64,000 nt of DNA from Isurus oxyrinchus (Eukaryota). The first letter of the stretch is position 1; each line of letters begins with the position of its first letter. Shown here one piece after another: positions 1-11,332 of the stretch. The translations under genes and the position numbers were made by a program. The notes beneath the pieces are model-generated. The model saw nothing but the letters and a program-made list of their open reading frames with translations, had not been told where the DNA came from and ran no database searches. Where the stretch lies: NCBI GenBank assembly GCA_026770705.1, contig JANJGN010000121.1, positions 434,001 through 498,000 on the forward strand, in the 5' to 3' direction.

Positions 1-1070
1 GTGTTTCCCAGCTTTCCCAGCAACTCCACTTCCCAGTTTGCTATACAAGCTGTGAGTTCATCGGAATTCAATTATTTCTCAAACGGTAGATTTGATGTCA
101 TTTTATTGAAAACTTCCTCAGCGCCTCCCTGAAGGGTTTACACTCTCTGGGAAGCAGGAATAGGCTGGATGTTGGGGAGTTCATCTTTTCCCAGAGAGCA
201 GTGATCCTCGGGAATGTGCTGTCAGTGGGTGTGGTGGTTGCTGTTTCTCTGTCGCCTTCAAGAGGGATCTGGAGTGGTTACTGACTGGGGGAGAGATCAT
301 GGAAGCGGAGAATGATACAGCACAGGAGGAGGCCATTCAGCCCATTGAGCCTGTGCCAGGTCTTTCAATGTTCTATCCCATCAGATCCACTAACCACCAC
401 TCCACTTTGCCCCCATCTTCCTCCTTCAAGTGTTTATCCAATTTCCCTTTTGAAAGTTCCTATTGAATCTGCTTCCACTGCCCTTTCAGGCAGAACCTTC
501 CAGATCACAACAACTCGCTCTGTCAAAACAAATTCTCCTCATCTCCCCCTCCGGTTCGTCAATCTGTGTCCCTCTGGTTACCGACCCTCCTGCCCCTTAA
601 ATACATCGATACTGTTCACCTCGACCACTCCCTGTGGGAGCGAGTTCCACATTCTCCCCTCTCTCTGGGTAAAGATTGGAACTGTTTATTAAGCGGGGGG
701 TGTAAGTCCATGGGGGAGTCCATCTCGATCTTGCCCGATTCGCACACGCGTCCGAGATGGATTTCTACCCTGCACTAAACGTTTCCAGAATTTTCTACAG
801 CACAATCCTGTACACAGCGATGGAGAGAAACATTGGACAGGGAGTCCAACAGCACAATGATCCATTCTCACCAATGTTCCACGCTAAGGGGAAAGTTCCG
901 ATTGTCCACTCTTAGAGTGTTTACAATGAAAACATTCATTCCACATTGAATCCCAGTGGATGGGTCAATATTACAGCAAATGTTGCAGTGATATGAAGCT
1001 TGATTGTTCAGCCAGAGTGAGAGATTGAAAGCGGAGAGTCAGTGATGATTTCTTTCTGTGTGTTCTCTAG

Positions 1071-1210
1071 ACAGTGGAGGAGAGATTCTGCACGTGATCC
1101 TGATCCTGGGAATACGAGCTGTGATATTCCTTGTGGCTGTGGTTATCACTATCGCTGGAGTCTGTGTCTGGGAGAGACAAACAGTGAAAGGAAGTCGACA
1201 GACTGTTTGA
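1071..1210 (+). CDS. Terminal transmembrane/short-tail exon of a receptor gene that starts upstream of the window (candidate activating Siglec-like receptor)
   Basis: Acceptor tttctgtgtgttctctag at 1053-1070. Phase-1 translation (x)SGGEILHVILILGIRAVIFLVAVVITIAGVCVWERQTVKGSRQTV* gives a hydrophobic segment with an internal Arg and a 12-aa Tyr-free tail. AATAAA at 2193-2198. The 3' flank is homologous to the 3' flanks of genes B and C. Confidence 0.75.
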
Positions 1211-1234
1211 AGCTTTGTACAAAAACAGTCTCAT

Positions 1235-1835
1235 CATGGAACAGAAGGACGGCATTCGGCCCATCGACTCCATGCTGTCTCTCTGTAGAGCAATCCAGTC
1301 AGTCCCATTCCCCCGCTCTATCCCCGTATCCCTTCAAGTTTATTTCCCCTCAAGTGTCCATCCAATTTCCTTTTGAAATCGTTCATCGTCTCCGCTTCCA
1401 CCATCCTCGTAGGCAGCGAGTTCCAGCTCATTACCACTCGCTGTGTAAAAAAGTTCCTCCTCAAATCCCCCCTCTGCCCAAAACCTTCAATCTGTGTCCC
1501 CCAGTCCTTGTACCATCAGCTAATGGCAACAGCTTCTCTTTGTCTACCTGATCTAAACCCATCATCATCTTGTACACCTCGATCAGATCCCCCCTCAATC
1601 TCCTTTGTTCCAAGGAGAACAACCCCAGCTTCTCCAACCCAACCTTGTAGCTAAAATCCCTCATCCCTGGACCCATTCTGCTCAATCTCCTCCCCACCCT
1701 CTCAAGGACCCTCACTTCCTTCCCAAAGTGAGGAGACCAGAACTGGACACAATACTCTAGTTGTGACCTAACCAGAGCTTTATAAATGTTCAGCATAACC
1801 TCCCTGTGTTTGTACTCAATCCCTCAATTTATGAA
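1235..1835 (-). mobile_element. CR1-type LINE 3' fragment
   Basis: ORF 1461-1796 YKALVRSQLEYCVQFWSP...LEQRRLRGDLIEVYK matches the CR1 ORF2 C-terminus. Confidence 0.9.
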
Positions 1836-2539
1836 AAGCTTATTCTTTCCATCAGCACAAACAGCAATTTCCAAGCGGACTCCCATCAGCAGACAGAGTG
1901 CAATGAAACATCGGCATGCCTGCTTCTTAATGTACGGAGAGAAACCTGGAACGAGAGATTCTCCTTCTTCTCCTCAGCAAGCTGAAACTTTTCCTTATAC
2001 CTGGTGCTCCCCAGTCCTGCTGTGTGGACACATCATAACCACGGCATTGTCTGGCTGTGTGCAGCCAACATGGTCGAATAGGAATGAACAGAAATGTGAC
2101 GTTGCTAAACTCTGTTCTCTGATTGGAATGTGCTTTCTGAATGCTGCACCTTTTTCATGCTGCGATAGATTGTAAGAAGCATTTGGGTTATGAATAAAAT
2201 TACATTGATTAACTCAAGTGATTAAAATGCTCAGCCTGTTCTGTAGATATTTAAAGATTAAAATTCTTATTTTGCTGCAAAATTCTTGGCTCAAAGACAT
2301 TACTTCATGTTGTCACGTTTTCCAATCAGATGAATTCCTCTGTCCATCTTTATAATAGAAATTTCCAATGTAAACATGTCACATTGTAGCTGCACACACT
2401 TGCCAGTGGGTGGTGTGATATCAAAGCTGTCTTGCTGCTGAGAAACAGCGAGAAATATTCCTGTTGTGTGCATGAACTTCATGTTAGCATGAGACACAGG
2501 CATCAGATGCAATTTTGTGCAATTTGTACAATGTTCTTT

Positions 2540-2930
2540 AGACAGCGCAGCACTCCCTCAGTACTGACCCTCCAACAGCGCAGCACTCCCTCAGTTCAGA
2601 CCCTCCTACAGTGCAGCACTCCTTCAGATCAGACCCTCCGACAATGCAGCACTCCCTCAGTTCAAACCCTCAGACAGTGCAGCACTCCCTCAGTTCAGAA
2701 CCTCCGACAGTGCAGCACTCTCTCAGTTCAAACCATCCGACAGTGCAGCACTCCCTCAGTTCAAACCCTCCGACAGTGCAGCTCTCCCTCAGTTCAAACC
2801 CTCCAACAGTGCAGCACTCCCTCAGCTCAGAGCCTCCGACAGTGCAGCACTCCCTCAGCTCAGACCCTCTGACAGTGCAGCACTCCCTCAGTACTGAACC
2901 TCCGACAGTGCTGCACTACCTCAGTACTTC
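2540..2930. repeat. 33-bp minisatellite (cagtgcagcactccctcagtactgaccctccga family)
   Basis: Direct tandem repeats. The same unit recurs at about 7200-7600, 9770-10015, 21490-21595, 23310-23530, 25785-26410 and 49335-49930. Confidence 0.95.
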
Positions 2931-4424
2931 TCCGCCGATGCTGCCAGACCTGCTGAGTTTTTCCAGGTATTTCTGTTTCTGTTTCTGTTTTGGATTTCCA
3001 GCATCTGCAGTTTTTTTGCTTTTAGTGCTGGGCAGTTCCTCAGCAAGGATTCGGGCCACAAAACATTGCGAGTGCTGTGGGTCTGCGCCACGATTTAGAG
3101 AGCTGTGCTTGGCATGCCTATTCTAGTCCCAGTCCAGTGTGGTGGGGACAGCCTGGCAGTCCTGGGTTGGTGGTGCCCAGCATGGTGTGCAGGACGTGGT
3201 CAGTCCCTCACACACGTCGGTCCTGGGGGTGGGTGGCTTGATACTAGGCCGCAGGTGGCACAATCCCAGTCAGGGGAGGCATCTGCAGCCTGTCAGTGGG
3301 GAGCAGGTAATATAGAGGGTAGGGGTGGGGGTGGGAATCGAGGGGGGCCGGTGGTCTCTGTAAGTCACAGTACAATGGGCCTCTAGTTGGAGAGAGGTCA
3401 GGTCTACATGGGGCATTGGGATGTCAACATCAGACAGTCTAGGGAGGAGGACTGGGATGTCAACCCCGAACACAATAAGATCAAGGATTAGAGAGGAAGG
3501 GAGGAGACTGATTGGAAGGAGGGGAATGTGCACATTATGCTCCTCCAGCACGATGGGAGGGACTGTGTTGGTTACGGGGGTTGGGGGGGGTGAAGTGGGA
3601 GGGGATAGAAGCTTACCTGGTGGTATTGCCTCAGCCTCACCCTTTTTCAAGCTGATCCAATGTCGCAGTTGAAGAATAAGCTACAAAACAAATTGGCAGG
3701 GGAGGTCTCCCAGGGCCTGTGGGAGACATCACCCACTGCATCTTCGGCCTGTTTGAAGGGGCACCCGAACAATTCCGGCTTTTCCAAATGATGAGGAAGA
3801 CACAGCTGCACCCCGAGTCCCCTACTGGGGATCCAGAAGGTTACAATAGTGCTGCGAGGGACTCATGGGCTCCACAGTGACTCCCTAATTAGCGACTGGA
3901 AGGTTTATGTTCATTTATCTTTATTATCCGTTCATATTGAGCAATGGAGCTCCTGATTTGTCACCTTTCTGTACCTCGTCCAATGCTTCTGTTATCAGGA
4001 CTTCCACATCGATGTGAAAGAGCCATGATGATAGCAGACAGTCGCACAATGGGAATGGCACTAGGCCAGTGATCCAGAGGCCCAGGTGAATGCTTTGAAG
4101 GCACGGGTTCAAATCCCACCACGGCAGCTGGAGGAATTTCAATTCGATTAATCAATAAATTTAATTGATTGATACATTTTTTTCTTATTCATTTCAGGGA
4201 TGTTGGTGTCACTGACTAGGCCAGTATTTGTTGCCCATCCCCAATTGCCTTTGAGAACATCTGGATATCTGAGTTAGGATCAGGAGTAGGTCACTCAGTC
4301 CCTCGAACCTGCTCAGCCATTCAGTAAGATCATGGCTGATCTGATTGTCACCTCAACCTCACATTCCTGCCTACCCCCAATGACCTTTCACCCCCTTGTT
4401 AATCAAGAATCTATCTAGCTCTGT

Positions 4425-5620
4425 GGAAGGGGAGCCAATCAATCGGGCTGCTTTGTCCTGGATGGTGTCGAGCTTCTTGAGTGTTGTTGGAGCTGCACTC
4501 ATCCAGGCATGTGGAGAGTATTCCATCACACTCCTGACTTGTGCGTTGTAGATGGTGGACAGGATTTGGGGAGTCAGGAGGTGAGTTACTGTCTGCAGGG
4601 TTCCCAGCCTCTGACCTGCTCTTGCAGCCACAGTGTTTATATGGCTGGTCCAGTTCAGTTTCTGCTCAATGGTAACTCCCAGGATGTTGATATTGGGGGA
4701 TTCATTGATGGTAATGCCATTGAATGTCAAGGGGCGATGGTTATGAATGGTCTGTGGAATATTCTGGTACAAAATTTCAACACTCGGACTCCAGATGCAA
4801 TATTCAAGTGGTTCCTTTATTAGGCATGTGGGGAGCAAACGCTGGGCAGTCCAGGCGCTTCTCCACCGAGGTTCAAATGAGCACAGTTTATATATTTTTA
4901 CTCTCAGTTACAAGGTAATGGTATTAGTTAGACAAAGGCCACAGCACAACGACCCTCCGGTGGGCTAATAATTGTGTTCTTGTACAGTAATTACAGGGCA
5001 GAGACTGGCTATTGTCCTTTTGAGACAGCAAAGAATCTATGTTTGTTCAATACAAAAGGTTTCCGGGGGCTGACTGGATGTGGTTCAAGGCCATCGGACG
5101 GTGTGAAATAACCTTCCCCATTTCTTGATTGAGTCACCCAGTGTCCTTGTGTGTGTGTCTCCCATTTCCTCATTGCAAATTTCCAACTGAGCCCTTTGTA
5201 CAGGTTTTTAAGTTTTCACGTAAGGATGTGTACGCTTTGGCGCCCTAGCTGCTGGTCCTGGCTGGCTCTTGAACATAAATCCAAATTTTCTGCATCTTCA
5301 ATTAGATTCTCTCTTGTTGGAGCTGGTCATTGCCTGGTACTTGTGTGGCATGAATGTTACTTGTCACCTGTCAGCCCAAACCTGGATGTTGTCCAGGTCT
5401 TGCTGCATTTGGACATAACTTGCTTCAGTATCTGAGGAGCCGTGAATGGTGCTGAACATTGTGCAAACATCAGCAAACATCCCCACTTCTGACCTTATGA
5501 TGGAAGGAAGGTCATTGATGAAGCAGTTGAAGATGTTTGAGCCTAGGACACTACCCTGAGTAACTCCTGCAGTGATGTCCTGGAACTGAGATGATTGACC
5601 CCCAATAATCACAACCATCG
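4425..5620 (-). mobile_element. CR1/L2-group LINE reverse-transcriptase fragment, split by a solo LTR
   Basis: ORFs 4371-4838 (LGVTIEQKLNWTSHIN...MEYSPHAW) and 5364-5618 (GVTQGSVLG...FINDL...MFADV). Confidence 0.85.
4744..5300 (-). mobile_element. Solo LTR, ERV-like
   Basis: 557 bp with TGAA...TTCA termini and a near-TSD (gtta/atta) interrupting the LINE. On the minus strand TATATAAA (~4887-4894) is followed by AATAAA (4817-4822). Confidence 0.7.
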
Positions 5621-6623
5621 TTGGTGTTGTTATGTAGTGGAACTAGAGAGGTTATAGCAGTTATGAGAACATTAAGCAAACAGCAGCAAGAATTGAACAC
5701 CTACGTTGTGGTTTATGAAAAGGTTTTCAACCTGGTCAACTGGTAAAATCTGTTGAAAGTGGGCTATCATGGCGTGTGCCCTTTGGGAGATATTTGTAAC
5801 AACGTTCTCGATGTCGGAACAGCTTGCATTGAACAAATCTGATCTTTACCCAGAACTTCAGAGGAAGGGGGGACAATTGTTCCCTGGTGTGGGGGGCATG
5901 GTGGGGGGGGGGGAGGGTGAGGGAGAGACAAGTAGCCTGAAATACCAAGCCAGACACTTTGTGAAGACAAAAGTTGTTTATTCATTTTTTTTCACAAATC
6001 ATAATCTTTACAATTAAAGTCCCGACAAGATAATGGTGAATCATGAACACATTGTCGGGGTGAATCTGTGCCCGGGAGCATAAAGCAGCAAAATCAGGGG
6101 CCCGCTTTACATCTCTCTGAATTTTAACTATCATTAACCCCAGTAACATCCATTCAAATGACTTAGTCATAAGATTCCTCACACATTCACTTGCACACTC
6201 ACACACCCACACCCACACAGACACACTGACACACTCACTCATTCACATTGACACACACATATTGACAGTCACACACACACACACACACACACGCTCATAA
6301 AGACAGACACAAACACAGTCACGTGAGGTGAATAGTGTCGATGTATTTAAGGGGAAGCTGGATAAACACACGAGGGAGAAATGAATAGAAGGATATGGTG
6401 ATGGGGTGAGATGGAGAAGGGGTGGGCGGAGACTCGTGTGGAGCAGAAACTCCAGCATGGAACAGATGGGCCGAATGGCTTCTTTCCCTGCTGTAAAACG
6501 CAGGTAAAGTTTCAGTTGGAATTAATGAACAGGGCCTGTGTGAAATAGATTGCTAAGCAGTAGATAAGGAGGGGAGAGGCTGTGGCATGGTGCAGGATGA
6601 CCTTGCGTGAATGAGGCCAGGGT

Positions 6624-6740
6624 CTAATATCTACAGCAGAGACCACAAGTCTCATTTGGTTCTCTCCAATTACAGCAGTTACAGCAGAATCTGCAGAGCT
6701 GCTGTCTGCCCATTCTCTTCTGGCGCTGCAGCAAGGAGCC
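6624..6740 (-). CDS. HAMP: Hepcidin-like gene exon 3: furin site plus 8-Cys mature peptide
   Basis: Acceptor ctcctgcttttccag. Phase-0 translation GSLLQRQKR-MGRQQLCRFCCNCCNWREPNETCGLCCRY*. The C-x2-CC-x-CC-xn-CG-x-CC pattern after R-x-K-R is the hepcidin signature. Confidence 0.92.
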   Translation of the reverse strand, partial: GSLLQRQKRMGRQQLCRFCCNCCNWREPNETCGLCCRY

Positions 6741-7880
6741 CTGGAAAAGCAGGAGGACAATAGGTGAGAACATTCCGGAAAGAAAGAAGGCATCATTTCA
6801 ATCAGGCGCGTCATTGGAAGGAGGATGGCGCATTTCTATAGCGCCTTTCCCCTCCTCAGGATGGCCCAAAGTGTTCCACAGCTGAAGGAAGGACTTTTTC
6901 TGAAGTGGGCTCACCGCTGTAATGTAGGAAACGCAGCAGGCAATTCACGCACAGCAAGATCCCACAAACAGAAATGTGATAATGGCCCCGATTTTCAAAT
7001 TTTTACCAATGTCAGTTGAGGGATAAATGTTTGCCCCAGGAAAGCGGACATAACTGCATCCCATCCACCCCCCACCACCCCCTCCACACATACCCCCAAC
7101 TCCTGACGCACTTCATTTAAATTGTGGCCATGGAATCCTCTACATCCATCTGAGAGGGCAGATGTTGTCTCAGTTTAACATCTCATCTGAAAGACAGCGC
7201 CTTCAACAGTGCAGCACCCCCTCAGTACTGACCCTCCGACTGTGCAGCACTCCCTCAGTACTGACCGTCTGACAATGCAGCACCCCCTCAGTACTGACCC
7301 TCCGACTGTGCAGTCCCCCGCCGGTACTGACCCTCTGACAGTGCAGCACTCCCTCAGTACTGACCCTCTGACAGTGCAGCACCCCCTCAGTACTGACCCT
7401 CCGACTGTGCAGCACTCCCTCAGTACTGACCGTCTGACAATGCAGCACCCCCTCAGTACTGACCCTCCGACTGTGCAGTCCCCCGCCGGTACCGACCCTC
7501 TGACAATGCAGCACTCCAAGACTGACCGTCTGACAATGCAGCACCCCCTCAGTACTGACCCTCCGACTGTCCTGCCCCCCCGCCGGTACTGACCCTCCGA
7601 CAGCTCGGTAATTTCTCAATTACGCCTGGTGGTCCTTTTAACTCAGAGCTGAGAGTTGCAGAGAATCGAGCAGACACCCTGAACTGACACTTGCAGTGCA
7701 AGTACTGGGAGTGCGCTGGTCATTATCATGCTGCTGTCTGTGGGATCTTACAGTGCGCCAATGGCTGATTCTTTTCCCACAGTACATCAGTGACCTCACA
7801 TGAAAGAAAAAAAGCACTTGATTGTCTGCGAAACAGTTTGGGACGTCCTGATGTGTTGGAAGGCGCTAGAGAAATGCAAG

Positions 7881-8029
7881 AGTTGACGTTTCGAGTCCTC
7901 ATGACCCTTCTGAGGACTCGAAACGTCAACTCTTTTCTTCTCCGCCAATGCTGCCAGACCTGCTGAGTTTTTTCAGGTAATTCTGTTTTTGTTTTGGATT
8001 TCCAGCATCCGCAGTTTTCTTTGTTTTTA
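7881..8029 (+). mobile_element. Penelope-like terminal fragment with inverted 5' end and 14-bp TSD, in hepcidin intron 2
   Basis: tagagaaatgcaag is duplicated at 7867-7880 and 8030-8043. Perfect 24-bp inverted arms at 7878-7901/7911-7934. The body resembles the 3' end of the GIY-YIG element near 56540-56600. Confidence 0.7.
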
Positions 8030-9302
8030 TAGAGAAATGCAAGTCCTCTTTGTCTTTCACTCGATCCTCTAAGGTGTCTGTTGATTAACCAGCCTCTCGG
8101 TGTTTGATGTAGGCCTGGTTATAAACAGTTAGAAGGATCAAATATCAAAAGTGCTTTGGCTGACAGTCAAACCGATTGTGCATTCGGAGAGATTAGATAC
8201 GGTCTGCGCACAATGACTCCAGTCTCTGGCACTGACTGCCGCCTGGGGTCTCCCTTCCACATAACACTCACAACCTGCATTTACACAGCGCCTCTGACAT
8301 TGCAAAATGTCCCAGCCCACATTACCGGAGCGTAAATCAGAGAGAAGTCTAACACTGAGTCACATATGGAGATATTAGGGATAGGTGACCAAAAGCTTGG
8401 TCAAAGATGTCAGTTTTTAAGGAGCGTCTTAAAGGAGAGAGAGAGAGAGAGGCAGAGAGGTTAAGGGAGGGTATTCCGGAGCTCAGGGCCCCAGGCAGCT
8501 GAAGGCACGGCCACCAATGGTGGAGCGATGGGAATCAGGGGGACCCGGGAGATGCAGTAATGTCAGAGATTTTGGAGGAACATCGGGACCAGAGGAGGTG
8601 TTCTCCTGCTCCATATCTCTCTCTCTCTTCCTCTCATCCACTCCTCCTCTCCCTGTCTCTCTCTCCTACTCTTCCTCTCAATTGCCCTCTCTCCCAATCT
8701 TTCTCTCCTCTCTCCCTTTTCCTGTCTCTCTCCCTCTCTCTCTCCCTGTCTCCTTCTCCCACTCTGTATCTCTCCCTCTCTCTCACACTATTTTTGTAAC
8801 TTTCGCTCACTCTGTAACTCTCCCTTCCCTGTTAATTTCTCTCTCTTGGACAATCTCTCTTCCCTTTTCACTTTCCCTCACTCTGCATCTCTTTAATTTC
8901 TCCCTCTGTCACTCTCTCCCACCTATGTTCTTTCCCTTTCACCCCTCCCCGTCCCACTCTCTGTCTCTCTCTTCCAATCCCTCCCTCCCCCATTCCATCC
9001 CTCTCTCCGACTCTCGACTCCCAGCCTCTCTTTAACCCACTCCCAGGCTGGATCAGTCTCCCTCTCACTATTCCCGGCGTGGGTTACATTTAAAATTCCT
9101 GTGGGGATATGTTCACTTCCTTGGAATTGCCTCTTCCCAGCTTTGCAAAAAAAGTTGGGGGGGGCGGGGGGCTCGATTTCAAACCTGCCTCCTGAGTATA
9201 ACCGAGACAGACTGCCACTGAAATCAGCTTGAAATCAGAAAACTTTCTGTGGAAGAAACGAGCAGGGAGAAACCTTAAAATAAGGAATGAATTTCCACCT
9301 AC

Positions 9303-9359
9303 CGTGTCCGGGGAATCCACAGATTTCTCAATCGTCGAAGAACCTAAAGCAGTGTCAAC
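9303..9359 (-). CDS. HAMP: Hepcidin-like gene exon 2 (acidic pro-region)
   Basis: 57 nt, phase 0-0, acceptor ttctttctttttgcag, donor ACG|gtaggt. Encodes VDTALGSSTIEKSVDSPDT, in frame with exon 3. Confidence 0.8.
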
Positions 9360-10079
9360 CTGCAAAAAGAAAGAATTTATCAGGGAGAAAGTGAGAGGAG
9401 GATTGAGGGAGAGGGAGAGAGAGAGAGAGAGAGGTACAGGAGAGAGAGGGGGAGGAAGACAGACTTGCATTTCTCTAACGCCTTTCACCACATCCCAAAG
9501 CATTTCACAGCCACTGAAGGATGTTTTTGAAGTGCACTCACACTGTAGGAAATGTGGCAGCTGATTTGTGCACAGCAAGATCCCACAAATAGCAATGTGA
9601 TCATGGCCTAGATCATCTGTTTTTGGTGATGTTGGGTGAGGGATAAATATTGGTCCCAGGACACCGGGGAGAACTCCCCCTGCTCTTCCTCCAAATAGTG
9701 GCTGTGGGATCTTTCACACCCGCCCGAGAGGGCAGACGGGGGACTCGGTTTAATGTCTCATTCAACATTGTTGCGCTCCCTCAGTACTAACCCTTTGACA
9801 CTGCAGCACTCGCTTAGTATTAACCCTTCGATAGTGCTGCGCTCCCTCAGTACTGTCCCTCCGTCAGTGCAGCTCTATTTCAGTTCTAACCCTTCGACAC
9901 AGCAGCACTCCCTCAGTACTGACCTCCGACAGTATAGCACTCCCTCAGTACTGTCCCTCCAATAGTGCAACACTTCCACACTACTGACCCTCTGAGAGTG
10001 CAGCACTCCCTCAGCACGGAGCGTTGATCTACATTATGGGACTGAATTCCCTGGAGTGAGACTCAGACCAGTGATTTAG

Positions 10080-10970
10080 GTAGGGTTGTGGGGGCTGGAG
10101 GAGGTTACAGAGATAGGGAGGGCTGTAGAGGCTGTAGGAGCTTACAGAGAAAGGGAGGGTTGTAAGGGCTGTAGGAAGTTACAGAGATAGGGAGGGTTGT
10201 AGAGGCCGTAGGAGGTTACAGAGATGGGGGAGTTGTGGGGGCTGGAGGAGGTTACAGAGGTAGGGAGGTTTGTTGGGGCTGTAGGAGGTTAAAGAGATGG
10301 GGTGGTTGTGGGGGCTGGAGGAGGTTACAGATGTAGGGATGGTTGTAGAGGCTGGAGGAGGTTACCAAAATAGACACTGCTGTAGGGGCCACAGTAGGTT
10401 ACAGAGATAGGGAGAGTTATAGTGTGGAGAGGAGGTTTTCGAGTTCAGGAGGATTATAGGGGCTGGATGAGGTTACAGTGATTGTGAGGGTTGTGGGGCC
10501 TGGAGGATTTTACAGAGATAGGGAGGGTTGTAGGGTCTGGAGCAGGTTACAGAGATAGGGAGGGTTGTAGGGTCTGGAGCAGGTTACAGAGATAGGGAGG
10601 GTTGTAGGGTCTGGAGGAGGTTACAGTGATCGTGAGGGTTGTGGGGCCTGGGGGAGGTTACAGAGTTAGGGAGTGTTGTGGGGACTGTAGGAGGTTACAT
10701 AGATAGGGAGGGTTGTCGGGTCTGGAGGAGGTTACAGAGATAGGGAGGGTTAAAGGGACTGAAGGAGGTTACAGAGATAGGGAGGGTTGTAGAGACAGTA
10801 GGATGTTACAGAGATAGGGATTGTTGTAGGGGCTGGAGGATGTTACAGAGATAGGGAGGGTTGTAGGGGCTGGAGGAGGTTACAAAGATAGGGAGGGGTG
10901 TAGGAGCTGGAGGAGGTTACAGAGATAGGGAGGGTTGTAAGGCCTGGTGGAGGTTACAGAGATAGGGAGT
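10080..10970. repeat. 35-bp minisatellite (ggaggaggttacagagatagggagggttgtaggggct)
   Basis: Direct tandem repeats. Reverse-complement arrays at about 13630-13865, 50055-51390 and 55210-55400. Confidence 0.95.
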
Positions 10971-11146
10971 CGCTGAGGAGGGATTGAAAACAAGAATGAG
11001 AATTTCAGGGGAAATGACAGAAGGAAATGATGTTAAATTCTTAGAGGGCGACAATATTAAAGGCACGAACATAATAATATCAAACTGCGGAAGAGACCAG
11101 TCTATCTGGGTGGTAGACGTAGAGTCATGTGCAAGAAACACCTCAC

Positions 11147-11263
11147 CCAGAGGGACATCTCTTAGCTTAACCTCGACAAGGAGAAGAAGTGACTCAGCTG
11201 CAGGGAGAGCAGCAAAGTCAGAGTGAACAAGACAAGTCGCCATTTCATCTGGGAGCTTCCCAT
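11147..11263 (-). CDS. HAMP: Hepcidin-like gene exon 1 (signal peptide), with a lesion as assembled
   Basis: MGSSQMKWRLVLFTLTLLLSLQLSHFFSLSRLS*EMSLW|gtgagg. Hydrophobic signal peptide ~70 bp downstream of a TATA box. In-frame TAA at 11164-11162 precedes the phase-0 donor; alternatively AGG|TTAAGC at 11170 is a dead GTAAG donor. Confidence 0.75.
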
Positions 11264-11332
11264 CTCTGCCTGTCTCTTCTGATCTTCTGGCTCTGCTTTG
11301 ATGCTTTGGTTTGTAACTAGAGGAGCTTCCTG

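Noticed and set aside
2432-3126. Long repetitive ORFs (QCSTPSVQTL / VQHSLSTDPPT / RECCTVGGSVL) here and at 7175-7619, 25764-26579 and 49056-49931
   Set aside because: Translation artefacts of a 33-bp stop-poor minisatellite, open in several frames, with no splice context.
3030-3900. GC-rich stretch with several short ORFs, possibly a DNA-transposon remnant
   Set aside because: No motif I can identify with confidence; left unannotated.
5238-5250. TGGCGCCC resembling a tRNA-Lys primer-binding site
   Set aside because: The match stops after 8 nt and lies inside the LTR rather than just downstream of it.
6512-6814. ORF-track 100-aa ORF over hepcidin exon 3
   Set aside because: Wrong frame. The Cys-rich hepcidin frame starting at the 6740 acceptor explains the region.
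10917-11243. 108-aa ORF MATCLVHSDF...
   Set aside because: Alternative frame of the signal-peptide exon running into intron and minisatellite; two upstream ATGs open the signal-peptide frame.
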